DNA of 36,431 nt. It comes from Vezdaea acicularis. Taxonomy: Eukaryota. The notes below the pieces were generated by a model. The model did no database searches and had not been told where the DNA came from. It saw only the letters and a program-made list of their open reading frames with translations. Shown here one piece after another: positions 34,949-36,431 of this stretch. The stretch's first letter is position 1, and every line of letters begins with the position of its first letter. Both the position numbers and the translations under genes were made by a program. Location: positions 62,001 through 98,431 of the forward strand of contig JAPEUI010000067.1 of the NCBI GenBank assembly GCA_026025075.1. The letters are read 5' to 3'.

Positions 34949-36347
34949 TACAAGGGCCGCTTGCGAAGAATGGCTATAAGGTATGCCCATACATGCTCGT
35001 AAAAATAAAGTACAGATTTGACAGTTACTAAACCTCTAATTAGATCCACGGTAAGCAGAAGGATCGGCACTTAACCGCGAGTTATGCGACGATCGTAGTT
35101 GCTTATTCTTCTTTCGCTGCGTGGAAGGATGAGTGCGTGCAGGAATGGTCTGGTCGCGTCCGCTGTGGAATGATGCGTTCTCTATCAAGGAAAGCTCCCT
35201 CTTCAACCGTGGGTCTTGATGGCTGAGCCATCTTGACTATGCGTGATATTACTTCAGGAGAGACGTCTGTCGTTTCAAGTGTTCCGTGTGCAACAAAACG
35301 TGATGGGAAAGCATATGCTTAGGTCGTAACCCGCACAACAAGTTCATATGTCGTACCTTTCCTATCTGCAACGCTATTTCTTGGTTAGCCCAGCCGGCGA
35401 ACGACCTGGACGTAGAACCAGAAATGGTGGCATTTCGCGTTCCGCCAGAGCGGCATTATCAATTGCTCTTTTCCAACTTCGCCCGATCCTGTATCTCCAA
35501 GAATCCTGGTGGAAGGTTCGAGGACCAGGCATCTGCGGTACTTATTGATAGATGGAATACCCTGCGGGATCTGCTCGCGTCTTGGGGTGGAATACGCGTG
35601 GATGTCACACTGCTGTAGATAGCTATTAGGGCCGTGGTGTAGTATTTTCCGGGTGGAATGGCAAGGCAGCAGCGCGGCGGAGCAAGTGATCCCCTAGCTA
35701 GAACTGCAAAAAAGTGCATTGATCACCGATCACCGAAGGTCCGCCCGGCAACGAGGTTGACATGGGGCTGAATTTTTGAGTGCCTGCCCATAGCCTCCAC
35801 CACGCCCGTGTTGAGAATCTTCGGAACTTCGAAATGAAATCCTAACCGGTTATTGCATGACATGAAGCTTATCTAGTGCCGGGCGCGGAAGGTTCACGGC
35901 CGGCCTAGCTGCCGCCCACCACGTGGCTGCCACAACGATCCAAGTGCGCCACAACTAACGCCGGGAAAGATTCACCTGTTCCGTCTAAGAGCGAACACCA
36001 ACACTGTCAGATCTAACGCCCGACGCGCTGCTGTTGATGAGTTCCTGTTTGTGAACATCGAGCACCGACAACGCGCGCCCGCCATCATTCCGATCGGGAC
36101 TTGGTATCTCAGCTTCATCTATCTGCGCCATTTACGTGGCTACGCGTCTGCCTAGATGCGTTGGGTGATATTCACACTGAATAGCATACGACTTGGACGC
36201 ATTCGACCATGGTACCGTGCAGAAACTCGCCTCCTGCACCCATATCCAAGAGAATACAGTTCTGAGAGCGGACCAGTCCCAGTTTCAAGTAGTCAAGGGA
36301 CCCAGGAGTACTGCTACTCGCTCCTTAGGTGAATCCTTCCCCAGGCG

Positions 36348-36403
36348 CTCCTTCCCACACTCCTTCCCACCCCACCTTCCCCCTCCGCCCTCCCCCCCCC
36401 CCC
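36348..36403 (+). repeat. C-rich low-complexity tract (CTCCTTCCCAC x2 plus C-runs), with G-quadruplex potential on the minus strand
   Basis: ctccttcccacactccttcccaccccaccttccccctccgccctcccccccccccc. Confidence 0.6.
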
Positions 36404-36431
36404 TGCCACCGATCCGTTTAAGGCTGAGGGC

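Noticed and set aside
25800..36431. Transposon, giant mobile element (Starship) or viral insertion as an explanation for the gene-poor region
   Set aside because: No transposase, reverse transcriptase, tyrosine recombinase, LTR/TIR pair or RIP-type AT enrichment is visible.

Overview
Eukaryotic DNA from a filamentous ascomycete (Pezizomycotina): short GT-AG introns with CTRAY branch sites and recognisable fungal proteins. Bases 1-25.7 kb are gene-dense. In order they hold the 3' part of the WD40 CRL4 adaptor cdt2 (+), an intronless atypical NEK/NimA-like Ser/Thr kinase (-), a 5-exon MFS monocarboxylate-type transporter (+), the giant bridge-like lipid transfer protein FMP27/BLTP2 (-), the H3K79 methyltransferase dot1 (-), the tandem-PH protein OPY1 (+), a 47-nt poly-C tract, and a 13-exon Ppo/linoleate diol synthase-family dioxygenase-P450 fusion (-, ~1109 aa). 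The last ~10.6 kb holds no recognisable conserved gene. It does contain two spliceable orphan gene models with TATA boxes and one isolated consensus-perfect intron, all on the minus strand. Highlights: (1) the Ppo fusion has an intact dioxygenase site but its P450 domain has lost the heme-thiolate Cys; (2) 6 of 20 hand-derived introns end in the normally rare AAG acceptor; (3) the kinase has several substituted catalytic motifs; (4) the orphan/lncRNA region. All gene models were derived by hand from splice signals and reading-frame continuity; no database searches were run.
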